The translations under genes were made by a program, and so were the position numbers. Shown here piece after piece: positions 56,689 to 64,000 of a stretch of DNA of 64,000 nucleotides. A model generated the notes under the pieces. The model searched no databases, was not told where the DNA came from, and saw nothing but the letters and a program-made list of their open reading frames with translations. How positions within the stretch are numbered: the stretch's first letter is position 1; every line of letters begins with the position of its first letter. The DNA is from Candidatus Dojkabacteria bacterium (GTDB taxonomy: Bacteria > Patescibacteriota > Dojkabacteria > GCA-002793355), in NCBI GenBank assembly GCA_030583685.1, contig CP129470.1, positions 635,412-699,411 of the forward strand, read 5' to 3'.

Positions 56689-58248
56689 ATGAAACACATT
56701 TATAACTTTGATTCTTCATTTTTTAAAGTTGTTCGCGTTATTCCTGGATTGGTTACCTTGTTGTTACTTCTTGCACCAATTTGGGCAACACTTATCGGGA
56801 AGCCAGAAATAGTTCTGTACTATGTTGCTTTTCTTTCAGTGTATTGGTTTTATAAAACAATTGTAACCAATATCGGGAATGTTATTGCATTTCGTCGGTA
56901 CAAACGCGCAATAGCGTTAGATTGGGATGTAATGATTAGTAGGCTCGATTGGAGTACGTTACCCAACCCTGAGCAATTGCCAGCATCATACAACGATTTC
57001 AAACTGGTTGTGCTGATTCCTTTCTATAAAGAACCCTACGAGGTGCTACAGGAGACGGTTGAATCAATAAAAAGCTCGACATATGACTTGCGGAAAGTGC
57101 ATATTGTATTTGGCGTCGAGGAACGTGCGGGCGAACTTGGTGAACAGAATGCAAAACGACTGGTTGAAGAATACTCACCCTATTTTGCTGAAATTAAATA
57201 CTACATTCACCCTGAGGGAATTCCAGGAGAAGCGGTAGGGATTGCAGGTGCAAATCTCTCTTGGGCCTCTCGTGAGTATGTGAAAGATGTGCTTGCCCGA
57301 GGCGATAATTTACAGGAGTATCAAGTCATTAAGTATGACAGTGATATGCTGATTCACCCGAAATTTTTATCGAACTATGTTCATACATATCTAACAACGC
57401 CAGATCGCTATAACGCGTTCTTTTCTCCCGCAATCATGTTGTATTCCAATAATTATTGGGAAGTTCCTGTATTGATGCGTGTCTTCTCTGGTGTTTTGAC
57501 ACTTGCCTTGATGAGTGAGTGGGTTGTCGCCAAAAAAACAAAACAATCATTTTCCTGCTATGGTTTCAATTTGAAACTTCTTCACGAAATTGATTACTTT
57601 GATCCAAAAATTGGAGTTGACGATACAGGGTTTTACTGGCGTGCATTTCTGGCGTTAGATGGAAATTTTCGAGGAGAGGAGTTCTATGCCCCCTGTTACA
57701 ATGATGCAGTTCAGGCAGAATCGTATGTAAAAACACACATTATTCAGTATAAACAACTGAGACGTTGGGGGTGGGGGGCAATTGTTTACCCTATGACCTT
57801 GCAAGGAATCACCAACAACAAGAAGATTAGCATAAAAAAGAAAGTTCTGAGTGTGGCAGAACTCTTTCGTGTGTACAATCTGTATTCGACCATTACCTTT
57901 CTCTTATTCTTCTCCATCCCCTTACTCACCTTGCTCAATCCAGATTTTGGATTTCAAGGTTCAGCCCATGTTCTACCAAAAATCGTGAGTTATATTCTAA
58001 CTTTTGCACTTCTTGGGTTACTACCTTCACGATCAATACTAGAAGGGTTGTACGGAAGACCACCTAAAAAATACGGGGTTCTGTTTTTCCTCTGGCATTA
58101 TTTTGAGCAGTTGATGCTCATATTCTTCTCTTTAACACTTGGTTTTTTCCCGTATTTGCAAGCACAAATGGAGATGATGTTTGGCAAATCGATGACTTTT
58201 ATTGTAACGCCGAAAGTGCGAGGCGAAGGGAAAGTTGGAGGAGCATAG
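56689..58248 (+). CDS. processive family-2 glycosyltransferase (cellulose/chitin/hyaluronan-synthase-like) with integral membrane domains
   Basis: GT2 catalytic motifs, including the D,D,D region (KYDSDMLI) and the processive QxxRW motif (QLRRWGWG). N- and C-terminal TM helices. 519 aa. Confidence 0.7.
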   Translation: MKHIYNFDSSFFKVVRVIPGLVTLLLLLAPIWATLIGKPEIVLYYVAFLSVYWFYKTIVTNIGNVIAFRRYKRAIALDWDVMISRLDWSTLPNPEQLPASYNDFKLVVLIPFYKEPYEVLQETVESIKSSTYDLRKVHIVFGVEERAGELGEQNAKRLVEEYSPYFAEIKYYIHPEGIPGEAVGIAGANLSWASREYVKDVLARGDNLQEYQVIKYDSDMLIHPKFLSNYVHTYLTTPDRYNAFFSPAIMLYSNNYWEVPVLMRVFSGVLTLALMSEWVVAKKTKQSFSCYGFNLKLLHEIDYFDPKIGVDDTGFYWRAFLALDGNFRGEEFYAPCYNDAVQAESYVKTHIIQYKQLRRWGWGAIVYPMTLQGITNNKKISIKKKVLSVAELFRVYNLYSTITFLLFFSIPLLTLLNPDFGFQGSAHVLPKIVSYILTFALLGLLPSRSILEGLYGRPPKKYGVLFFLWHYFEQLMLIFFSLTLGFFPYLQAQMEMMFGKSMTFIVTPKVRGEGKVGGA

Positions 58249-58249
58249 G

Positions 58250-58984
58250 TCATATCAGTGGTTTTGTGAGCGAATATCCATACCCATAAAGATTTCGAAT
58301 CGTTTTCGGTATACCGACAGTTTGTAATTTGAGGCGTAATTTTTTTATCGTTACGGTGACAGTATTTGGTTTTATACCAAAATGCTTCCATCCAATATAG
58401 GATAGTTCTCCGATACTCGCAAAACCTTGTCGCTGACTTAAATATTCTAAAAGTCGCTTCTCAATAGCGGTGATGGTAACAGTTTTATTTTTATTTACCA
58501 GAAACAGTTTGTCATGTGGAGCGTGAAGATAGGTAAATTGCTCCCCACTGGTATAAGAAATGGAAGTGTCGTGCATTTGTGGAGCTTTCTTTGCCTGTAT
58601 TTCGATTGTTTTAATGATGACACTGGTGGGAACGGGTAATTCAAAACAATGGCTAAATCCGAGGTCAAGAAGGTCAAGTTTTTGTTGGTAATTACGGTCG
58701 ATAGTTAATGCAATACTGGTATGTTGTCGGAATAACTGGGCCTGCAGTTTTTGCAGGTCAGAAGAGGTCTTTTTAGTCACTTGCGTCGCATCAATAATTG
58801 AAAAATTAGCCTGCGTTTCCTCAAATTCGGAAAGCGAAGGAACCACCACTATCGCTATTCCGCGGAGACGTAATTGAGGAGCAAGAATTGATCCGAGATA
58901 GGGAGAATTGCCAATGGCAATACCGCTCTGTAAGTGTGTTTCCATAGAGTAGTGTATGGGGAAATCCTTACAACATTCTTGCAA
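58250..58984 (-). CDS. OmpR/PhoB-type winged-helix transcriptional regulator with an atypical (non-phospho-acceptor-like) N-terminal domain
   Basis: C-terminus TVTVTIKKLRLKLQTVGIPKTIRNLYGYGYSL matches the OmpR wHTH. The N-terminal about 110 aa lack the receiver DD...D...K pattern. Confidence 0.55.
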   Translation of the reverse strand: MQECCKDFPIHYSMETHLQSGIAIGNSPYLGSILAPQLRLRGIAIVVVPSLSEFEETQANFSIIDATQVTKKTSSDLQKLQAQLFRQHTSIALTIDRNYQQKLDLLDLGFSHCFELPVPTSVIIKTIEIQAKKAPQMHDTSISYTSGEQFTYLHAPHDKLFLVNKNKTVTITAIEKRLLEYLSQRQGFASIGELSYIGWKHFGIKPNTVTVTIKKLRLKLQTVGIPKTIRNLYGYGYSLTKPLI

Positions 58985-59816
58985 ACAAGGCTTTTGTTGC
59001 CTGACTTGTGAGTTCTATAACAGCTTCAAGCGGTATTCTTTTTATGGCAGCAATTCTTTTTGCAGTCGCATGAATACCGATAGGTTCGTTTGTTTTCGGA
59101 TCTTGCAACAAACTCCTGTCACAGTTGCTTGGGATAAGAAAAGGGGCGTCAGTTTCAAGAAGAATCCTATCGGTCGGGATATACGCCAGGGCTTCGACGA
59201 GGTCTTTCGCCCCAGAATAAGTCACAATACCATTGATTCCGAGATAATGTCCAGCATCAAGCAGTTGCTTTGCTTCCTTGCGAGATGCTCCAAAACTATG
59301 AAAATACGCACTGTTATTGTAATTTTCCTGGTTCAATAGTGAGACGATTTCCCCAATTACCTGATATTCGTGGTTCTCTTTTCCTCGCGCATGGATTACT
59401 AGTGGGAGTTGGTGTTTCTTTGCCTCAGCTATGTGTAACGTGAGGAGTTGGCGTTGCTGTTCGATAATCTTCGAAGAACTGTCTTGTTCAGTGGGTAAGT
59501 ACCAATAGTCTAACCCGGTTTCTCCGACCCCAACAACATTTTTTAAGAGGGATAGCTGTGAAAATCCTGCGTGAAAATCTTTGCATAATTGTTCGAAGAT
59601 GACAGCGTCACCTGTACAACTTTCAGGATGAAAACCGATGGTTGTAGAAACCATGTGCGAATACGCGTCAATAATGCTTTGGGAAACCTGAATGTCTGTT
59701 GCACTAGTGGTAACATCAATTACCTGTTTTCCCCCTGCTTTGATGAATTTCTCTAAAATGACACCGACAGTTTCTGCGGTATAGGAGGCGTTTAAATGTG
59801 CATGCGAGTCAATCAT
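58968..59816 (-). CDS. tatD: TatD-family metal-dependent deoxyribonuclease/hydrolase
   Basis: N-terminal MIDSHAHLN (HxH). TIM-barrel TatD pattern with conserved E/H/D residues. 282 aa. Confidence 0.75.
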   Translation of the reverse strand: MIDSHAHLNASYTAETVGVILEKFIKAGGKQVIDVTTSATDIQVSQSIIDAYSHMVSTTIGFHPESCTGDAVIFEQLCKDFHAGFSQLSLLKNVVGVGETGLDYWYLPTEQDSSSKIIEQQRQLLTLHIAEAKKHQLPLVIHARGKENHEYQVIGEIVSLLNQENYNNSAYFHSFGASRKEAKQLLDAGHYLGINGIVTYSGAKDLVEALAYIPTDRILLETDAPFLIPSNCDRSLLQDPKTNEPIGIHATAKRIAAIKRIPLEAVIELTSQATKALFARML

Positions 59817-61195
59817 ATGAGGAATTGTATCCCAAGAAGCAGTCCCCCGAATAGGGCAACGAGAGAAAGCCAGAAAACAGTTTGGTGTTTGAAGCGCTTT
59901 TCCCCAAAGGCGGTGACTATACTGAGTTTGAAAAGTAGGTTAAACACCACTGCGCCAAGCAGTACACTTGTCCCGAGTTGGAGAGATACCGTTTCGGGGA
60001 TTGCCTGGGAGGTGATAATCGTTACTGTATCTAATCCGGTCATTGATGCCAGAATTGCCGTGATAATGAATCCGCTATCTCCAAACAGAAGAAGTCCTAA
60101 GTTGGTAAAGATTGTGACGAGTAGAAACAAAGCGCCAAACATAAAGGCAGGTTTCAATGCAAGTGGAGACGTGAATATTTTTAAGGGGGTTCCCGTAATT
60201 TTTGCTTGAGACCTAAGGAAGAATGCGACAATGGTAGTAAATATTGTTAATCCCAGCAGTATGGGGGCTATTGAAATAAAGAGTGTGGGGTTCAAGGCGA
60301 GTGCAATCAGGGGAATCCTGATAAAACTTGTCATGTTTGCCAAAAGTACAGCTGCTGTCAGTAGTTTGCTCCCTCCCGCTGTTGAACTTGTTTTGCTTTT
60401 CTCTGACAGAAATTCTGTAACCGCAGTGCTCGAAACGATTCCTCCTAAAAAGGCAGTCAGCAAAATACTTGATGAAGATTGAATTGTCTTTGTGAGAAAA
60501 TACCCTGCAAAGTTGAGAGCACTAATAAAAACTACAACGTATCCAAGTGTAAGCGGATTAACAAGCACGAGTGAGTCAAATTGTCCACCAGATATACCAA
60601 AGTTTCCTAAGATATTCCCCACTGTGTAAGAAACATTTGGCAACCAGGGGAGTAATATTGCTGCTAATGCAACAAATTCGATTGATTCAAGAATTTCTTT
60701 TTTTGTAAAAGAACCAATAAACTTTCTCAATTCTACTTTTAAATTTGAAATCAGGGAGGCTACAACTGCAATTCCCATGACAATACGAGGTTCAAGCAAT
60801 CCTGCCCCAAGTGCTACCGCAAGAGAGAACATAAGGAGCATGCCAAGCTCTGTCGTGAGCCCAAGTGTATTTTTATCAAAATAGTTTAAAAAATATGCAA
60901 TTGAAATATACGCAACAACGCCGATGAAACCGATAATCATGAGTGGAAGCATTCGCGGATCGACGACATAGAATGTTCCCAGTACAACACCGAGGAGCGA
61001 GAGGATTGCGTACGTCCTAACACCACCTAAACCTGTTGCATATTTTCCGGGCCGAACAAACGTAAATCGCGAACGGGTGAGTGATTTCTGTTTCTGCCAG
61101 CTATCATCACGGTCGATACCAATTAAAAGTCCGACAAAAAGCGCGAGGATTATTCGGAGTAAGATACTTTGTGGATCTAGTATATAATTACTCAT
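59813..61195 (-). CDS. MgtC/SapB-N-terminal plus DUF4010-like polytopic membrane protein
   Basis: N-terminus LLRIILALFVGLLIGIDRD resembles the MgtC signature (GxLIGxER). 460 aa, highly hydrophobic. Confidence 0.45.
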   Translation of the reverse strand: MSNYILDPQSILLRIILALFVGLLIGIDRDDSWQKQKSLTRSRFTFVRPGKYATGLGGVRTYAILSLLGVVLGTFYVVDPRMLPLMIIGFIGVVAYISIAYFLNYFDKNTLGLTTELGMLLMFSLAVALGAGLLEPRIVMGIAVVASLISNLKVELRKFIGSFTKKEILESIEFVALAAILLPWLPNVSYTVGNILGNFGISGGQFDSLVLVNPLTLGYVVVFISALNFAGYFLTKTIQSSSSILLTAFLGGIVSSTAVTEFLSEKSKTSSTAGGSKLLTAAVLLANMTSFIRIPLIALALNPTLFISIAPILLGLTIFTTIVAFFLRSQAKITGTPLKIFTSPLALKPAFMFGALFLLVTIFTNLGLLLFGDSGFIITAILASMTGLDTVTIITSQAIPETVSLQLGTSVLLGAVVFNLLFKLSIVTAFGEKRFKHQTVFWLSLVALFGGLLLGIQFLI

Positions 61196-61213
61196 CTATT
61201 TGAACATAGTAGC

Positions 61214-63328
61214 ATGATACATTTATACTTTCTAGGCATCGAGGCATTCACGATATTGGGATATTTCCTCGGTTCTGTGTTGTTTCCCAAACGGTACTCT
61301 TTACTCTTCTACAAGTTTTTTGGAGTAACAATATTCTCACTCTTGGTTTGGTATATGTCGCTATTGAGTGGGAAAGGGTGGACAAACTTTCTCTGGTGGA
61401 GTATTGCCTTTTTATTTCTTTTTGGCGTTACATGTATGGTCATTTGGCATAAGCGTGCTCGATTGCCGACCAAGCAACAATTAAAAACATTCATTGGAAT
61501 AGAAATTCTCTCTTATTTATTATATCTCTTGTTGGTATATATACGAACATTCAAGCCCGATATCTTGGGAACAGAAAAACTTATGGACGTAGCCTTGATT
61601 AATGCAATTATGAAGCAAAATCAGGTACCTATTGAGAATCCTTGGTTGTCAGGTTTCTTTATGAATTACTACTACTTTGGGCATTTCATTTTGGCAGTGT
61701 TTCAATTCATCTTCAAAATTCCAACGGCGGTCGGATATAACTTAGCGGTTTCACTGGGTGGGGTTTGGATCGTTCAAGCAGCGTATCTAGTTGTGAGAAA
61801 GTTGCAGGTTTCTCATATAGCGGCATTCGTGATTGCGCTTATCGTTACTTTTGGAGGAAATTTATACTTACTTGCACAAGTTATTCTGCATAATAATACT
61901 GAACAGTGGTTTGCTTCTGCAACACGAGTTATACCTTTTACTATTAATGAATTCCCGTCATATTCGGTTATCCTAGGCGACTTACATGGGCATTATCTCT
62001 CTTATCCTTTCTTTTTAGTAGGGATCTTTTTGTTGTTAGATATTCTCTTCCCGAAAAGGGAAACAAAGAGGCAGGATTGGATAGTTCCCAAAAGTCTTTT
62101 TCTTGGGATACTACTCGGTCATCTCTATTTAACGAATAGTTGGGATGTACTTACGTTGGCACTTTTTGGATGTATCCTCGTGCTGTTTCTGCTCATTAAC
62201 GTACGTTTTGTCCAGAAGAAAAGTATGAGAAGCGCTCTGCTTTGGATGAAAAAGGTAATCCTCTTGGTGGGTCTTCCTGTTGCGTCAATGAGTATTCCTC
62301 AGTTTCTTTCTTCAAGATCGTATTATTTGCCGCCAGTTGGAGGAATTGGGATTAATACCAATTTCAGTGGACTGTGGGAGATGTTTTTATTATTCGGACA
62401 ATTTCTCCTCTTGTTGCTCTTCGCTGGAGTATTATACTGGTGGATTTTGCGTGGCTACACCCGAAGAGGAATAATTCGATATATTTTTACCGAGAAACAG
62501 TTGCTTCCTGTTTTGTTGTTGATAACCGCTTTTGTATTAATTCTTAGTGTGGAGTTTGTTTATGCAAAAGATGTCTTTACGACGTTAAATCCGCCATACG
62601 CACGGACAAACACAGTTTTTAAAATATATTTTCATGCATGGGCTTTTCTGAGTATTGGGACACTCGTTCTTGCAGGTAGGGCAATTGGGGAACTTTTTCG
62701 AAACATGTCCCAGAAATGGCTCATTGCAGTCCCTTATGCAGGGCTCGTTGCAGTGGTAGCGGTGATGATGTCATATCCTTTTATTTCTGTAGATCAGTAT
62801 ATCAATCCGGTATTCCGCCCATTTCAAATAAAACGGCTCGTTGACGCAAATTGGAGTAATGGGTACGCCTATATGCAAAGTCAATACGGTCCAGATTATA
62901 ATCTTGTTTCTCATCTGTTAGTACAGCCGAAATCAACAATTCTTGAAATAGTTACCTATGATTCATATTCGTATTATGCACGAGTTGCTTCATATAGTGG
63001 GCATACTGCAGTATCCGGATGGCCATTACATAACGTGCAATGGTACGGGGGATATGATGGCAGCGGCATTTCTCTGCAGACGAAGGAGCAACAACCGATT
63101 TTGATAGCTGAGCGAATTATTGACATTGAGCAGTTATACACCGAGCAAGAACCTCAGTATGTTGAGCAGATGCTCCGAAAATACGGCATAGATTTTGTCG
63201 TTTTTAGTGCGAGAGAGGCAAGTTGGGCCGAGGAAAAAGGGCGGGTTTTGAACCGTGCTGCGTACGATGAATTATGCACAGTAAGTTGGGAGCAAGACGA
63301 TGCGAAACTCTATGACTGTCGCGAATAA
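61214..63328 (+). CDS. Chlor_Arch_YYY / DUF2298-like large polytopic membrane protein (glycosyltransferase-like topology)
   Basis: 704-aa hydrophobic protein containing the family-defining YYYxG motif (NYYYFGHF). Many TM helices with a C-terminal soluble domain. Confidence 0.5.
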   Translation: MIHLYFLGIEAFTILGYFLGSVLFPKRYSLLFYKFFGVTIFSLLVWYMSLLSGKGWTNFLWWSIAFLFLFGVTCMVIWHKRARLPTKQQLKTFIGIEILSYLLYLLLVYIRTFKPDILGTEKLMDVALINAIMKQNQVPIENPWLSGFFMNYYYFGHFILAVFQFIFKIPTAVGYNLAVSLGGVWIVQAAYLVVRKLQVSHIAAFVIALIVTFGGNLYLLAQVILHNNTEQWFASATRVIPFTINEFPSYSVILGDLHGHYLSYPFFLVGIFLLLDILFPKRETKRQDWIVPKSLFLGILLGHLYLTNSWDVLTLALFGCILVLFLLINVRFVQKKSMRSALLWMKKVILLVGLPVASMSIPQFLSSRSYYLPPVGGIGINTNFSGLWEMFLLFGQFLLLLLFAGVLYWWILRGYTRRGIIRYIFTEKQLLPVLLLITAFVLILSVEFVYAKDVFTTLNPPYARTNTVFKIYFHAWAFLSIGTLVLAGRAIGELFRNMSQKWLIAVPYAGLVAVVAVMMSYPFISVDQYINPVFRPFQIKRLVDANWSNGYAYMQSQYGPDYNLVSHLLVQPKSTILEIVTYDSYSYYARVASYSGHTAVSGWPLHNVQWYGGYDGSGISLQTKEQQPILIAERIIDIEQLYTEQEPQYVEQMLRKYGIDFVVFSAREASWAEEKGRVLNRAAYDELCTVSWEQDDAKLYDCRE

Positions 63329-63896
63329 AGAAATTAGAATTCTGAAAACGCTGGTAGTGATAGTGAATATGTTGGTACTTTTACCACCAATTCTGTTTCA
63401 CTTAGGATTAGAGCGAATTGCAACATTTTTGTATTCTGGGTTGGGGTTTCTCTGTCATCAACGAGCTGACAGAAGTTTTTTTCTCTTTGGTGAACAACTG
63501 ACGTATGAGAAGAGCACTGTTCAAGGAATTGTTCCTTTTGATCAGATAATGACGATATCTTTTGGAAAACGATTTACCTGCAATGAAGAATTGGGGTGTA
63601 AATTCGGTGTTTGTTCGCGATGTACTGGCATGTACTTGGGTGTGCTGGTTGGCGTTTTTCTCTCTGAACTGATGCAGCGTTGGAAAATTCCTAAGATTTT
63701 TCCATTGTTTCTACTCGTTCCCTTAGCGCTTGATGGGATTATTCAAACGATTGCGTATGTTCTTGCCCCTGAGCGAGGTTTTTACGAAAGTACGAATCCT
63801 CGGAGGTTTATAACGGGAGTACTGTTCGGTTTTGGAGTTGGCTATCTTGCCGTATCAGCAATCAAGACTGTGATTGCTAAAACGGAAGAATCATAA
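63300..63896 (+). CDS. DUF2085-like membrane protein
   Basis: Four TM helices with the conserved Cys/His pattern (CHQRADRSF ... CSRCTGMYLG). Overlaps the previous gene's 3' end. Confidence 0.5.
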   Translation: MRNSMTVANKEIRILKTLVVIVNMLVLLPPILFHLGLERIATFLYSGLGFLCHQRADRSFFLFGEQLTYEKSTVQGIVPFDQIMTISFGKRFTCNEELGCKFGVCSRCTGMYLGVLVGVFLSELMQRWKIPKIFPLFLLVPLALDGIIQTIAYVLAPERGFYESTNPRRFITGVLFGFGVGYLAVSAIKTVIAKTEES

Positions 63897-63907
63897 TACA
63901 ATCGGAT

Positions 63908-64000
63908 ATGACCGAGCGACAGAAACTCATCTTAAAGGCCCTGGTTGAGTCCTTTATTGAAAGTGGTCGTGATATTAGTTCTTTTGAATTGCTGCGCTCC
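63908..64000 (+). CDS. hrcA: heat-inducible transcription repressor HrcA, 5' end only (runs off the window)
   Basis: Translation MTERQKLILKALVESFIESGRDISSFELLRS matches the HrcA N-terminus (LTERQ..IL.AIV..YI..G.PVGSK.L). Confidence 0.6.
   Translation, partial: MTERQKLILKALVESFIESGRDISSFELLRS

Overview
This 64 kb window reads as a small-genome, low-GC bacterium (likely Candidate Phyla Radiation / Patescibacteria-like). The evidence for that call: short IF-2 (524 aa), short AlaRS lacking the C-Ala domain, sortase-linked surface proteins, and frequent leaderless promoters. The core backbone is a cell-envelope block (HolA-like, LCP, MltG, YqgF, alaS), a sortase operon ending in a 1094-aa surface protein, then dnaJ, nusA-infB, rpsO-pnp, a Lon-like AAA+ ATPase with no protease domain, RNase J, an FtsA-like actin ATPase, and later mutS, a processive GT2 synthase, tatD, an MgtC-like protein, a YYY-motif membrane protein, DUF2085 and the hrcA 5' end. 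Two accessory segments interrupt this backbone. (1) About 29.0-45.2 kb: an XRE regulator with a palindromic operator cluster, a promoter-plus-terminator unit with no ORF (candidate sRNA or attenuator), and an enzyme cluster of unknown product. That cluster has a CysRS/MshC-like class-I aaRS paralog with a degenerate HIGH motif, a Tmk-like kinase, an SDR, an HD hydrolase, a beta-lactamase-fold serine hydrolase, an amidohydrolase plus a decayed duplicate fragment, a 583-aa unknown protein and an M20 peptidase. It is followed by VanY and a translationally coupled pair of a wHTH protein and a P-loop NTPase. (2) About 45.2-51.0 kb: a markedly AT-rich island next to mutS carrying a type IIS restriction-modification system (tandem Dam-like MTase fusion plus an AlwI/PleI/MlyI/N.BstNBI-family endonuclease) and two AT-rich unknown genes. 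No rRNA, tRNA or CRISPR array was found. All assignments rest on motif reading of the supplied translations; nothing was searched against databases.
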